NCBI GenBank assembly: GCA_036388375.1
Contig: DASVRX010000188.1
Span: 1 to 49,453 of the forward strand
Source of the DNA: Pedobacter sp.
GTDB taxonomy: Bacteria > Bacteroidota > Bacteroidia > Sphingobacteriales > Sphingobacteriaceae
Direction of reading: 5' to 3'
Length of the DNA: 49,453 nt
Part shown: positions 20,101 through 28,956 of the stretch, in pieces
Layout: every line of letters starts with the position of its first letter
How positions within the stretch are numbered: the stretch's first letter is position 1
Notes under the pieces: model-generated
The model's database searches: none
Told to the model about the DNA's origin: nothing
The model's input: the letters and a program-made list of their open reading frames with translations, nothing else
Translations under genes and position numbers: made by a program

Positions 20101-20864
20101 TGCAAACTCTTGAAGAAGAAGTGACCAAAGCAAGCAGTATCCTCGCGGAACGAAATCAAACCCTCGATAGCCATAAACAAAAATGTTCATCTGAACAGTC
20201 GCTCGATGAACTTATCATCCTCAGCAACTCCGCAAAATCGGAGGCGGAACTAAAGAAAAACAAAAAAGGAGAAAATAGTTTTCGTCTGCAACAAGACGAT
20301 GCCAATAAGATAAGACTCGGGGATCTTTTACAATCGATCGCGGCACAGGTAGCGATTTCAGAAAACTGGAGCAAACTCAATGAAATAATTGGATCAGCGG
20401 ACGGGAAAAAATTTCGTCAGATTGCCCAGGAATATACACTTGATGTACTCTTAGGTTATGCCAATATACATCTTCAAATATTGACCAGGCGATATAAAAT
20501 TGAACGTATTCCCGGAACGCTTGGATTACAGGTCGTAGACCAGGATATGGGCAATGAGGTACGCACTGTATTTTCACTGTCAGGCGGAGAATCGTTTTTA
20601 GTCTCACTAGCCTTAGCATTAGGGCTCGCCTCTTTGTCCACTAGTCGAATGAAAGTTGAATCTTTGTTCATTGATGAAGGCTTCGGCTCTTTAGACCCTA
20701 ACACCCTTAATATCGCAATGGACGCTTTAGAACGATTACATAATCAGGGACGAAAAGTCGGCGTAATTTCGCATGTCCAGGAGATGACGGAAAGAATTCC
20801 GGTTCAAATTACAGTGAGTAAACAGCAGAGTGGGAAGAGTAAGGTGGAGGTGTGCGGTTTTTAA
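17130..20864 (+). CDS. sbcC: Exonuclease SbcCD subunit C (Rad50-like SMC ATPase)
   Basis: Walker A GATGAGKST, Q-loop LAQGDF, zinc hook CPVCGS, signature LSGGE, Walker B FIDEGFG, ISH; long coiled coils. Confidence 0.93.
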   Translation: MKILAIRIKNLASLEGITEIDFTAEPLCSAGIFAITGATGAGKSTILDALCLALYGKTPRYIQAKEAGIEVQDVQGSTLGQGDVRGILRDGCAEGFAEADFRGTDGQNYRATWSVRRARNKAEGSLQSDSVCLKNITSNLDVPGRKQETLNEIARLVGLSFDQFTRSVLLAQGDFSAFMKASKDEKSSLLERLTGTEIYSEISKKIFENYRSEEQQLRELNLRKDGIAILNDEELKAISEDQDTLNLQIKILEKVIVELTDEINWHEQLSNFQTSYDESQKAFLLAVEAKATALPRKLKLTLVDQAQQCRSAADALQRALQQHGDKAKALTELHDRFVLLDEQKEDIKTKFALADNEFAQKNSNLVEALPQLEEAKKLDVLLSEKSEQVVNLKGEVQTSSEAKTQHQTLLVSKKEEVTTLCDQIRSIADWKSENSDREAIAQNKDLILSKLQDAQKILEIVQDASEKLNHLQNKIEAEQAEKSEVEATWGHQSQNLEQLNKNFDVLAKELLLIPIEALTLNKSETDFQIENILRAQAKWQVYYVALEELNSLNQKQVQDKADHKIKQEALSQLIERLPVEKAQKDICQELLQQARLASAESVETLRATLVDNMPCPVCGSINHPYALHNPQLEKVLIQLEKSFEETEQVYLASYRRYSALQQECDTLNQTIERQNENAVLKQESLQAKKQDWEQFDTVIENDEVTDEKKAAWFNIKLQSLKDKQAALVAEIEVYAGKKNQLESDKARISQLKDSTNILASQIKDIISRLAVYQEQRTNKTNEQDKANADLVELERMLSPYFVASDWMENRESNPIGFVERIEAFAQKWTDHNEKLEQYIGQKVALEATLKELENQGIRFSSEASKKMESYLTQHSILLGLSEERQSIFEGHPADEIETLLKTAVSAAQQHVQQLKEDRQKLDLEITKAQTQKEELVATITALETDAKASSQEIQDWLTAYNEKNNQTITNDALLELLVLDDEWRNMERAALQTLEEEVTKASSILAERNQTLDSHKQKCSSEQSLDELIILSNSAKSEAELKKNKKGENSFRLQQDDANKIRLGDLLQSIAAQVAISENWSKLNEIIGSADGKKFRQIAQEYTLDVLLGYANIHLQILTRRYKIERIPGTLGLQVVDQDMGNEVRTVFSLSGGESFLVSLALALGLASLSTSRMKVESLFIDEGFGSLDPNTLNIAMDALERLHNQGRKVGVISHVQEMTERIPVQITVSKQQSGKSKVEVCGF

Positions 20865-20880
20865 TTATAAAAATTATAAG

Positions 20881-21933
20881 ATGAAAATAAAATTTCTAAA
20901 AGCATTTAATGGCGATTCTATTTGGCTTTCATTTCTCGAAAAGGATATACCACGCAATATATTGATTGATGGAGGTACTGGTAATACTTACAAAACCACT
21001 TCAACTATAAAAGGTGAGCTTTTTAAAGCAATACAGGAAATTAAGGAAAGTGGACAATTCATAGATCTTCTTATTTTAACCCATTTTGATGATGACCATA
21101 TTGGAGGAGTTTTAAGATGGCTAAATAAAGATAAAGAGGCCCCAAAACTTATTAAAAAAGTTTGGTTTAATTCAGGAAAGGAAATAGCGAAAAAATTTAA
21201 AACCAAAGAAAACAAAGAGTTAGATATTAAAATAGTTGAAGGAGTAGATGATTTTTATACAAGCCCAAAGCAAGGAATTAAATTCGAAAAATATCTTCGA
21301 GACAACAATTTATGGGAAGGAACAATTATTGAGCAAAATATAGAACATCAGTTATTTGGTTTAAAATTTAAAATTTTATCTCCAAATAAAGAGAAACTAA
21401 AAAATCTTTTGACATTATATGAAAAACAAAAGGATTATTTCACAAGTGGTAATAAATTTGATTTCCAAACTCCCTTGAAAGATTTTATTGAAGAAGAAAA
21501 TCAGCCTAGTTTTAAATTCGAGGAAGATTCAAGTGTAGCAAATGGAAGCTCTATAGCTTTTATAATGGAATATGACGACAAAAATTTTCTTTTTTTAGCT
21601 GATGCTCATCCATCAGTAATCATAGAAGGCTTGGTCAAATTCGGCTATAATAATGACAATCCTCTTAATGTGTTTTTTATAAAAGTGTCACATCATGGAA
21701 GCATGTATAATACCAACAAAGAACTTTTAGAAATTGTAAGAACGGATAACTATTTAATAAGTTCAAATGCCACCAAACATGGATTGCCAAATAAAAGGAC
21801 TATAGCTAGAATTATAAATTGTAATCCTAATGCTTTTATTTACTTCAACTATGATTTAAAAGACAGAGTCTTTTCACAACAGGATTGGAAAGATTACTTA
21901 GATTTTAAATCTAAAAAGCAAAATGAATTTTGA
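20881..21933 (+). CDS. MBL-fold metallo-hydrolase (ComEC/Rec2-like), accessory effector of the Lamassu locus
   Basis: GDS, LIDGG, THFDDDHIGG (HxDxDH), NGSSI, LADA, KVSHHGS; ATG 20881 (MKIKFLKA) preferred to the ORF-track start 20830. Confidence 0.85.
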   Translation: MKIKFLKAFNGDSIWLSFLEKDIPRNILIDGGTGNTYKTTSTIKGELFKAIQEIKESGQFIDLLILTHFDDDHIGGVLRWLNKDKEAPKLIKKVWFNSGKEIAKKFKTKENKELDIKIVEGVDDFYTSPKQGIKFEKYLRDNNLWEGTIIEQNIEHQLFGLKFKILSPNKEKLKNLLTLYEKQKDYFTSGNKFDFQTPLKDFIEEENQPSFKFEEDSSVANGSSIAFIMEYDDKNFLFLADAHPSVIIEGLVKFGYNNDNPLNVFFIKVSHHGSMYNTNKELLEIVRTDNYLISSNATKHGLPNKRTIARIINCNPNAFIYFNYDLKDRVFSQQDWKDYLDFKSKKQNEF

Positions 21934-23300
21934 TAGACTTAAAAAGATACACAGTTATTTTAGGAGGAGGTAGTGGGGTTTTATTTCAACCATTGGATGA
22001 AACAAAGACTTATATTCTCTCAGCGAAACATGTGTTTTATAAAAATAAACCTACTAATAGAGGGGCAGACAAGGAAGTATTGGTATCTAATATAGATTAT
22101 TTTTTCTCTGATCAACAGGAAGATTCAAATTCTTGTGAAATAAAAAAGGGAGAAAATTATTTTGAACATGCTGCTGCTGATGCGGCGATTTTGGTTCTGG
22201 AAAAGAATTTAGGTTTTGATCAAATTTTTATTGATGAAAATTGTGAAGCTTTTAATGAATGCTTACTATGTGGTTACCCTAGTAAAACAGATGACAACAA
22301 AAATGACAGGTATAGTAATCATCAAATTAATCGTAAAATCGACACGACTAATAACGGGTACTTTAGATTAGAGACAAACTTCGGAAATTTAAACCACGAC
22401 GATATTAAAGGTTTTTCTGGGGGCGGTGTTTTAAGATTAAATAATGGAGTCATTAATATTATTGGAATTCAATCATCCACAATTACTGATTATGCAAATG
22501 GTCAAATAGATATTGTCCCAATTAACAAGTTTATAGAGATACTGCAGCAAAATGATTTATCAGAAATGATACCTTCATTTTTGACAAGTTTTAATTTCTT
22601 AAAGGACAAAGCTTTCGATATTTCTGCGGGGATTTTAGATGAAAATATTTCTTACACAAGAAAGTTTCTTAAAGAAAAAACACTTGGAGTTATTAATAGT
22701 GATATCACTCCAATATTTATAAAAAACCTTTTTAAAGAGAGGTTAATAATTAATGAAAAAGGTGGTGTTAAACTCAATGAAGAACTAATCTATATTACTT
22801 GGTTAGAGTTCTTAACCTTAATAAATATCGCTAAAGAAGTTGCTTGCAATCAAAATGATCTTGAAGGTGTTTTCTCAATGACAAGATTATTGTATAAAAA
22901 CACACATGAAGATTGGCAAAGCGATGATTTTCTGGGAGATTGTTTGGCATCCAACTATTTAGGATTAAAAGAAAATGGAACTGTCTTTATAAAAACAAAA
23001 AGTAACCCAATTGCTGGAAATATAGCCTATTATAAATTGGAGAGAGGGAGTTTAGTCCCACGGATTGACGCATTTAGAAATAACTATGAAAATGGAACCT
23101 TAGCAGTTAGAAATATTGGAAGCGCAGTTTCTGATGTTGATGAGTTTGCTTTTGATAAGTTCAATTTTGTTCATTTTGAATACTTGAAAAAATATATGCT
23201 CATTGAAAATAGCGAAAATTTTAAAACATATAAGAAAGCTAATGAAAATGAGCTACTAATTAAACTAAAAGAAGAATATGGAAAAGTATTTGGGATATAG
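21930..23300 (+). CDS. Trypsin-like protease fused to ABC-three-component C-terminal domain (LmuA-like)
   Basis: Triad motifs SAKHV, DAAIL, GFSGGG; 4-nt overlap with the MBL gene; precedes middle component and ATPase. Confidence 0.75.
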   Translation: MIDLKRYTVILGGGSGVLFQPLDETKTYILSAKHVFYKNKPTNRGADKEVLVSNIDYFFSDQQEDSNSCEIKKGENYFEHAAADAAILVLEKNLGFDQIFIDENCEAFNECLLCGYPSKTDDNKNDRYSNHQINRKIDTTNNGYFRLETNFGNLNHDDIKGFSGGGVLRLNNGVINIIGIQSSTITDYANGQIDIVPINKFIEILQQNDLSEMIPSFLTSFNFLKDKAFDISAGILDENISYTRKFLKEKTLGVINSDITPIFIKNLFKERLIINEKGGVKLNEELIYITWLEFLTLINIAKEVACNQNDLEGVFSMTRLLYKNTHEDWQSDDFLGDCLASNYLGLKENGTVFIKTKSNPIAGNIAYYKLERGSLVPRIDAFRNNYENGTLAVRNIGSAVSDVDEFAFDKFNFVHFEYLKKYMLIENSENFKTYKKANENELLIKLKEEYGKVFGI

Positions 23301-23823
23301 TGTTGATGTAATAAATCAATTAAAAGAGAAGTACAAGACTTGTGATTTTCAGTTTTGTTTAACCTATACAAATGTAAACATATCGGTGTTTTTTGTTTTG
23401 GCAGATAGCTCTACCCTCTCTGAAGAAAACTTATGGGGAAATATTTCAAAAGAAATAGCATTGAAATATCAATCTAAATTGGAATCTGTATATGAAAAGT
23501 GGAATCTCTATATCATATATATTACAACCGATATAGCATCCAAAGAGCTCAAAAATAGAATCGAGAATGATAAATTTTCAAGCAGAAAAATTGTTGAAGA
23601 TTCATACAGCGGAGAATTTAATGACAATGAGGCAAACCGCTTAACTATAAAGCACATTACGAATTCAGATTTAAAAGAAATTGTAGATACTACTCAAGAA
23701 GTAACTATTTCGGCGTACCCTCCTAAAAATGAAAAATTTTGGGAACTTTTATTAGCTGAAGAAAAACTTATTGGCGACAGAAAGGCTCAGGAAGAATTCG
23801 TAAAAAAAATAAGTGCATTATGA
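23278..23823 (+). CDS. ABC-three-component middle component (LmuC-like)
   Basis: EKWNLYIIY...IENDKFSSRKIV motif; overlaps both neighbours. Confidence 0.7.
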   Translation: MEKYLGYSVDVINQLKEKYKTCDFQFCLTYTNVNISVFFVLADSSTLSEENLWGNISKEIALKYQSKLESVYEKWNLYIIYITTDIASKELKNRIENDKFSSRKIVEDSYSGEFNDNEANRLTIKHITNSDLKEIVDTTQEVTISAYPPKNEKFWELLLAEEKLIGDRKAQEEFVKKISAL

Positions 23824-26800
23824 AAATCAAAACTGTAAAGATTACAGGTTTCCGAGCATTTGAAAAAGAGGAAGATTCTACTTTCGACTTTACAACGAAC
23901 GGTGAAATAATGAATTTTGCTTCAATATATGCTCCAAATGGCTTTGGGAAAACCTCTTTTTATGATGCTGTTGAATGGGGAATTACTCATAAGATTCAAC
24001 GCTTCGATAGAATGGTTGATTTTGAAAAAGTGAGAAAAGACAACGATGCGCCATTGTTATTAAACAAGGCTTCAATGTCAGGAAAGGTAATAATCGAGAC
24101 TAGTTCGCAAAAATTCGAGAATGTTATCAATAAAAAGAAAGTTTATAAATACAATGAGAAGCCAGCAAACGAGTACTTTCAAAATCAAATTTTAACTCAA
24201 GATTTAATAGATGCTTTTCTGAAAGAAGAGAAAGCTGATAAACGTTATGAAAATTTCTTGGAAATTGATGAGAACTTAAAAAAATACGATTCAGCGTATA
24301 AGAAGATTATTCGCCTATTAGAATATATAAAAGATGAAAGGAAGGATTTAACAGATAGAAAAAAACGAGAGGAAAATAAACTTCAAGGTGAAATTGACTT
24401 TGAACAAGAATTTAAAAAGTTTGATGAAATCAACGAAGTAATCCGCGGTCTTAATAAAGATAATGAGAACTTAAACTTTATTGACCAAATCGCATTCAAT
24501 CAGACTGCTTACGATAATTTATCCAGAAATATCGATGTTCGATTGTCATCACTGGAAGAAGAATTAATAAAGGCTAAGTTCCGTATTGATACAATAATAT
24601 TAGCGCGAGACGGAAAAGAATCCGAAGATGGTAAATTGGAGGGCGGGATACTATCTTACCTTGATAACAAAAGTAAAACTCTAAAGTTTGATGAGCAAAT
24701 TCTAGAACTGAATCAGATAGTCAAATGGTTTGAAGAGCAAGAAAGAATTTCTAACGAATCGCGTGTCAATGAGGAAAATTTAAAGAATCAACAAAGTAAA
24801 TTGCAACGAGCTCTCAATATTGAGAAGCAGTTCGAAACATTCCTTAATATTCAAAAAGAGATAGCTAATTTGCAGAAAAATATTGCAGATTACAAAGAGA
24901 TATTACTTACGACTGAACATGAGAAGTTTGATATTGAAAAGGAGAAAAATGATATAGCGATAAAACTTAATGAATTAAAGAACTCTCTTGAGATTAACCA
25001 GTCTAAACTAAATAATTTACCGGCTCAACACAAACAGTTGGAATTAACTTCTAAGACTATTGTTGATTCAAGAAAAATTATTGATGATTTATCAAAAATA
25101 ATAACAGCCGAGGAAAAGAAACTGAATGACCTAAAGGTTATTTTAGATGAGTTTGAATATTATGAAAATAAAATCAACGATGATGTTGAACTCTTACTAG
25201 AGTTCAAATTATTTGACGAGCATAAAAAGTTAGTTACTCAGTACGTCTCTGGTCAAGTAAAATTGGAACAATTAAAAGGAAATATTCAGGAAAAGCAATT
25301 TAAAATTGATAATCAACACCAGTTTAATATCGAGCTTAATGATTTTATCAATACAGGATTGGAATTGGTAAATAAGTCGAAAAGTTCAGAATGCCCTTTG
25401 TGTAACCAAAGCTATAATTCGTTTGAAATACTATCAGAAAACATTTTATCTAATAAGCTATTGGATCGTCAGTTGAAAATCCTCTTAGAAGAAAAGATTG
25501 ACTTAGAATCAAAAATGAACGACCAAGCATTAAAGCTATCTACTGATAAAGAAAAAATTGAGAAGTGCTTTTCAGCAATCAAACAACCATATTTATTGAG
25601 CCACAGGAATATTAAAAATGCGATTGATAAATTCGATTTTGAGAAGACCGCTAATTTAGAGAAACTAAATAGTAGTCAATCTGTATGGAATGACATCAAT
25701 GTATTATTAGGAGATTCAAATACGTTTAACGAATTATCGACCAAATTTCAAAATGATCAATCACAATTAGATGATCAGATACTGAAACTATCTGATCGAA
25801 TAAAGAAATTAGATGAAACTCTATTACTGAATGAAGTATTAGCTACATCAACGAAAGAAAAATTAGATCTTTCGGAACCGAACCTCTTACAATATCAATC
25901 TTCAACTGAATACACAGAAATTAGAATGTATTTTTTCGAGGAGTGGAACTCTAATGAGGTTGAGAAAGTCATATTGTTTAAAGGGATAACTAATATTCAG
26001 GAAAAAATAAGTGATTTAACAGCTAAAAAAGAACGTATAGTCAAGGCTTTAGATGAGTTAAAGGAAAAGTTGTCAAATTATACTTTATCTAAAAATGAAT
26101 ACGTTAAAAGAACTCAACAAGCAAATGATGCGAAGAATCTGATACAGAGAGTTCATGATAGCTATGAAAATTTTATTAACTCGGAATTTGGCATAATTAT
26201 AAGTAACAAAGACAAATTTCAAATTGAAAAGGCATTTATAGATTTGATTGAGACACAAAAGGAATTGGAAAGGCAAGTTGAATCTAAAATTAGAAAATAT
26301 AAAATCGTCAAAATTTTAAATAATGCGTGCATAAAAGTAGCTGAATCTAAAAAGGTAGAAGATAGAATTAAAGAGATTGCCAAGACTCTAAAAGATTTGG
26401 GCAACTCTGAAAAGATTTTGAATGCAGAAAAAGAGAGTTTAAAAACATTTTTAAAAAGCACAATAGAGTCATATTTTTATACTCCGTTAATTAATGCCAT
26501 ATACAAAAAAATAGACCCACATCCGGACTATAGGTCTATTGAATTTGAATGTGACTTTGCCGAAAATAAGCCTCGTTTACAAATTTATACGTTATCGATT
26601 AATAGTAAAGGTGAAGAAGTTTGGTCTGTACCTTCATTATATTTTAGTACGGCTCAAATCAATATTTTAAGTTTGAGTATCTTTTTGGCTCGTGCCTTAA
26701 AAACCAGAGATAATCAAAAGAACCCTGTTGACTGTATTTTTATTGACGATCCAATTCAATCAATGGATAGCATTAATATACTTTCGTTTATAGATTTATT

Positions 26801-26951
26801 CAGAGGCATTACATTGTCGTTGGATAAACAATTGATTGTCTCTACTCACGAGGAAAACTTTCATCTTTTATTGAAAAAGAAAATTCCATCAGAGTTATTT
26901 AAATCTAAATTTCTGGAGTTTGAAACTTTTGGAAAAGTTAAATCCAATTAG
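23820..26951 (+). CDS. SMC/Rad50-like ABC ATPase of a Lamassu/ABC-3C system (LmuB-like)
   Basis: Walker A APNGFGKTS, zinc hook CPLC, degenerate signature FSTAQ, Walker B FIDDPIQSMD, STH; KIDPHP motif. Confidence 0.82.
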   Translation: MKIKTVKITGFRAFEKEEDSTFDFTTNGEIMNFASIYAPNGFGKTSFYDAVEWGITHKIQRFDRMVDFEKVRKDNDAPLLLNKASMSGKVIIETSSQKFENVINKKKVYKYNEKPANEYFQNQILTQDLIDAFLKEEKADKRYENFLEIDENLKKYDSAYKKIIRLLEYIKDERKDLTDRKKREENKLQGEIDFEQEFKKFDEINEVIRGLNKDNENLNFIDQIAFNQTAYDNLSRNIDVRLSSLEEELIKAKFRIDTIILARDGKESEDGKLEGGILSYLDNKSKTLKFDEQILELNQIVKWFEEQERISNESRVNEENLKNQQSKLQRALNIEKQFETFLNIQKEIANLQKNIADYKEILLTTEHEKFDIEKEKNDIAIKLNELKNSLEINQSKLNNLPAQHKQLELTSKTIVDSRKIIDDLSKIITAEEKKLNDLKVILDEFEYYENKINDDVELLLEFKLFDEHKKLVTQYVSGQVKLEQLKGNIQEKQFKIDNQHQFNIELNDFINTGLELVNKSKSSECPLCNQSYNSFEILSENILSNKLLDRQLKILLEEKIDLESKMNDQALKLSTDKEKIEKCFSAIKQPYLLSHRNIKNAIDKFDFEKTANLEKLNSSQSVWNDINVLLGDSNTFNELSTKFQNDQSQLDDQILKLSDRIKKLDETLLLNEVLATSTKEKLDLSEPNLLQYQSSTEYTEIRMYFFEEWNSNEVEKVILFKGITNIQEKISDLTAKKERIVKALDELKEKLSNYTLSKNEYVKRTQQANDAKNLIQRVHDSYENFINSEFGIIISNKDKFQIEKAFIDLIETQKELERQVESKIRKYKIVKILNNACIKVAESKKVEDRIKEIAKTLKDLGNSEKILNAEKESLKTFLKSTIESYFYTPLINAIYKKIDPHPDYRSIEFECDFAENKPRLQIYTLSINSKGEEVWSVPSLYFSTAQINILSLSIFLARALKTRDNQKNPVDCIFIDDPIQSMDSINILSFIDLFRGITLSLDKQLIVSTHEENFHLLLKKKIPSELFKSKFLEFETFGKVKSN

Positions 26952-26977
26952 ATTGACAGCCTTCTAATCCTCTAAAG

Positions 26978-28219
26978 ATGAAAGAGATCGATCTCTATAC
27001 CGAAGCAAAGCCACGCTACTATCAGCTCATTCCCAACAAAAAAGATGGGCTGATCCTTCTTGCGTTATATCAAAAATATCAAAAACAAGAATTTACGGAA
27101 GAGCAGATCATACAAGTCATCACCAAAGTATTCAGCGATTTGGATGGACCAAACCAACGGGACGAAAACAACCGAAACAACAATATCATTCTGCGATTAC
27201 AAGAATTCTTTCTATGGCGCGATAGGAAAAGAAAAATATACGGCTTTAAAAACTACGGAGAAGAATTCTGTCAAAAAGTATTTAAACGCCTGTCGGAAAG
27301 CTATCATCCAGCCAAAATAGAAAGGCTCTTCAAATACTTATTAGAAACCCTAACAACAAGCCTGGAAAAAAATCCGTCGGAATTGCTGATCTGGATGGAC
27401 GACCATTTCAACGTTAGAAGCACGGAACTGGCACAACAAATCGAAATTCTTGACCAGCAGGTAAGCGAATCGGTTGATGATTTCCGTTTTCAGATTAAAC
27501 AACCCCAAGCCAACATCCTACAAGTAATTGAAACCATTAGCACAGGATTAGACCACATCAAAAAGCACGCATACGAGCTGACCACTGGTTTTCAGATTAC
27601 TTATGACATAGATGACATACTACAGGACATGCTAAAAGATAACGCTAATTATAATCTTCTTGACAGCATCAACCTTGTACTGCAATACAACCAAAATGTT
27701 CGTAACCATTTAGACCAGGTAAGCGCACGTATCGACAAAATAAAGCCCCGCATTCGGGAATTTATCTTCGAATTTAATCAACAGGAACTGGACCGCAAAA
27801 CTGATAAATTTCTCCATTATCTACTGAACAATGCCTCCTATACCCGAGATAGCAACCAACCAAAAAGATTGATTTTTCCTGAAGAAATTGAATCCTTTAG
27901 CTTCAGGGTTCCAAAGTCGATACCCCGTTTCTATATCCTGATCGAAAAAGACTTTGCCAGAAAAGCTCCCCTCCCTCCTGCCATAAGGTCAGTCGATGCA
28001 GAACAAACAAAGAAGATGATGGCCAAAAACATAGAAAAGCTCGAAGTAAAAAAAAGAATACACTTTTGGGCAAAGGCAGCAATAGACCAGATAGACCGAG
28101 AAGGAAGACTTGATTTTTCGCCTTTCTTTTTCAACATTCTCAGTCAAGAACAGCATAACCTTAACATAGCCGTACGAACTGCTCAAAGGTTAGTAAAACA
28201 GTGTAACAGCTGGCAATAG
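26978..28219 (+). CDS. Wadjet JetA/MksF-like kleisin (possibly truncated by a premature TAG)
   Basis: First gene of the four-gene block ending in SMC ATPase + Toprim; N-terminal winged-helix-like region followed by helical bundle. Confidence 0.65.
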   Translation: MKEIDLYTEAKPRYYQLIPNKKDGLILLALYQKYQKQEFTEEQIIQVITKVFSDLDGPNQRDENNRNNNIILRLQEFFLWRDRKRKIYGFKNYGEEFCQKVFKRLSESYHPAKIERLFKYLLETLTTSLEKNPSELLIWMDDHFNVRSTELAQQIEILDQQVSESVDDFRFQIKQPQANILQVIETISTGLDHIKKHAYELTTGFQITYDIDDILQDMLKDNANYNLLDSINLVLQYNQNVRNHLDQVSARIDKIKPRIREFIFEFNQQELDRKTDKFLHYLLNNASYTRDSNQPKRLIFPEEIESFSFRVPKSIPRFYILIEKDFARKAPLPPAIRSVDAEQTKKMMAKNIEKLEVKKRIHFWAKAAIDQIDREGRLDFSPFFFNILSQEQHNLNIAVRTAQRLVKQCNSWQ

Positions 28220-28275
28220 GAAATCACGGTAGACCAAAAAGAATATCACGATCCACACTATATAAATCTTTCACT

Positions 28276-28956
28276 ATGGAGTATGACGATAATGAAAAAG
28301 ACCTAAACGCACGTTATGCTTTTATGCTAGACAAAACGGCTAAAAACACATTCGCTAGGTTAGACTACCTCCTAAAATCAGGAATGCACATACAGCGAGA
28401 CTTTCCAAAACCCATTTCCCTTTATGCGTTTCTGAATAAACATTACCGAAGTTTACAAGCTTATTATGACGATTTCTTTGAAATGCTGCTCAAAAAAGAA
28501 GGCGAAGGATGGAACACCTATTTCTATATCGATTTTCATGAAGGCTCACGAGGCAAAATTCCCACTGACAACCAATACAGAGGGTACCTCAAATCGGAAT
28601 ACATTCTTATTGGCCTCATCTTTTTCAAAATTTATAAACTTGACGGCAACATCGAACTCGCTAAAATATCCGATTTCATCAACCTGCTCTATCAGGAATA
28701 TGACGAACTGCTCAACAAGATGCAGCGTGTCGTCTCATCTATTAAAATTGATGCAGGATCAGACCTGAACGAAGAAAAACTAAAAAATCTCGTCTATAAA
28801 GCCTTTGCTGAATTTGAACAACTGGGTTGGATAGCAAGAGACACAAGCGACAGCGATTACTTCACCTACCAACCCTCGTTTGAAAGGCTGCGAAGAATTT
28901 ATTATCCCCAGATAGAAACTATAGACGAAATCATAAAACGAAAAGAACATGGCTAA
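28276..28956 (+). CDS. Wadjet JetB/MksE-like KITE subunit
   Basis: 226 aa, position between kleisin and SMC genes; LxSGxHI...YYDDFFxxxL and LGWI...PSFERL patterns. Confidence 0.7.
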   Translation: MEYDDNEKDLNARYAFMLDKTAKNTFARLDYLLKSGMHIQRDFPKPISLYAFLNKHYRSLQAYYDDFFEMLLKKEGEGWNTYFYIDFHEGSRGKIPTDNQYRGYLKSEYILIGLIFFKIYKLDGNIELAKISDFINLLYQEYDELLNKMQRVVSSIKIDAGSDLNEEKLKNLVYKAFAEFEQLGWIARDTSDSDYFTYQPSFERLRRIYYPQIETIDEIIKRKEHG

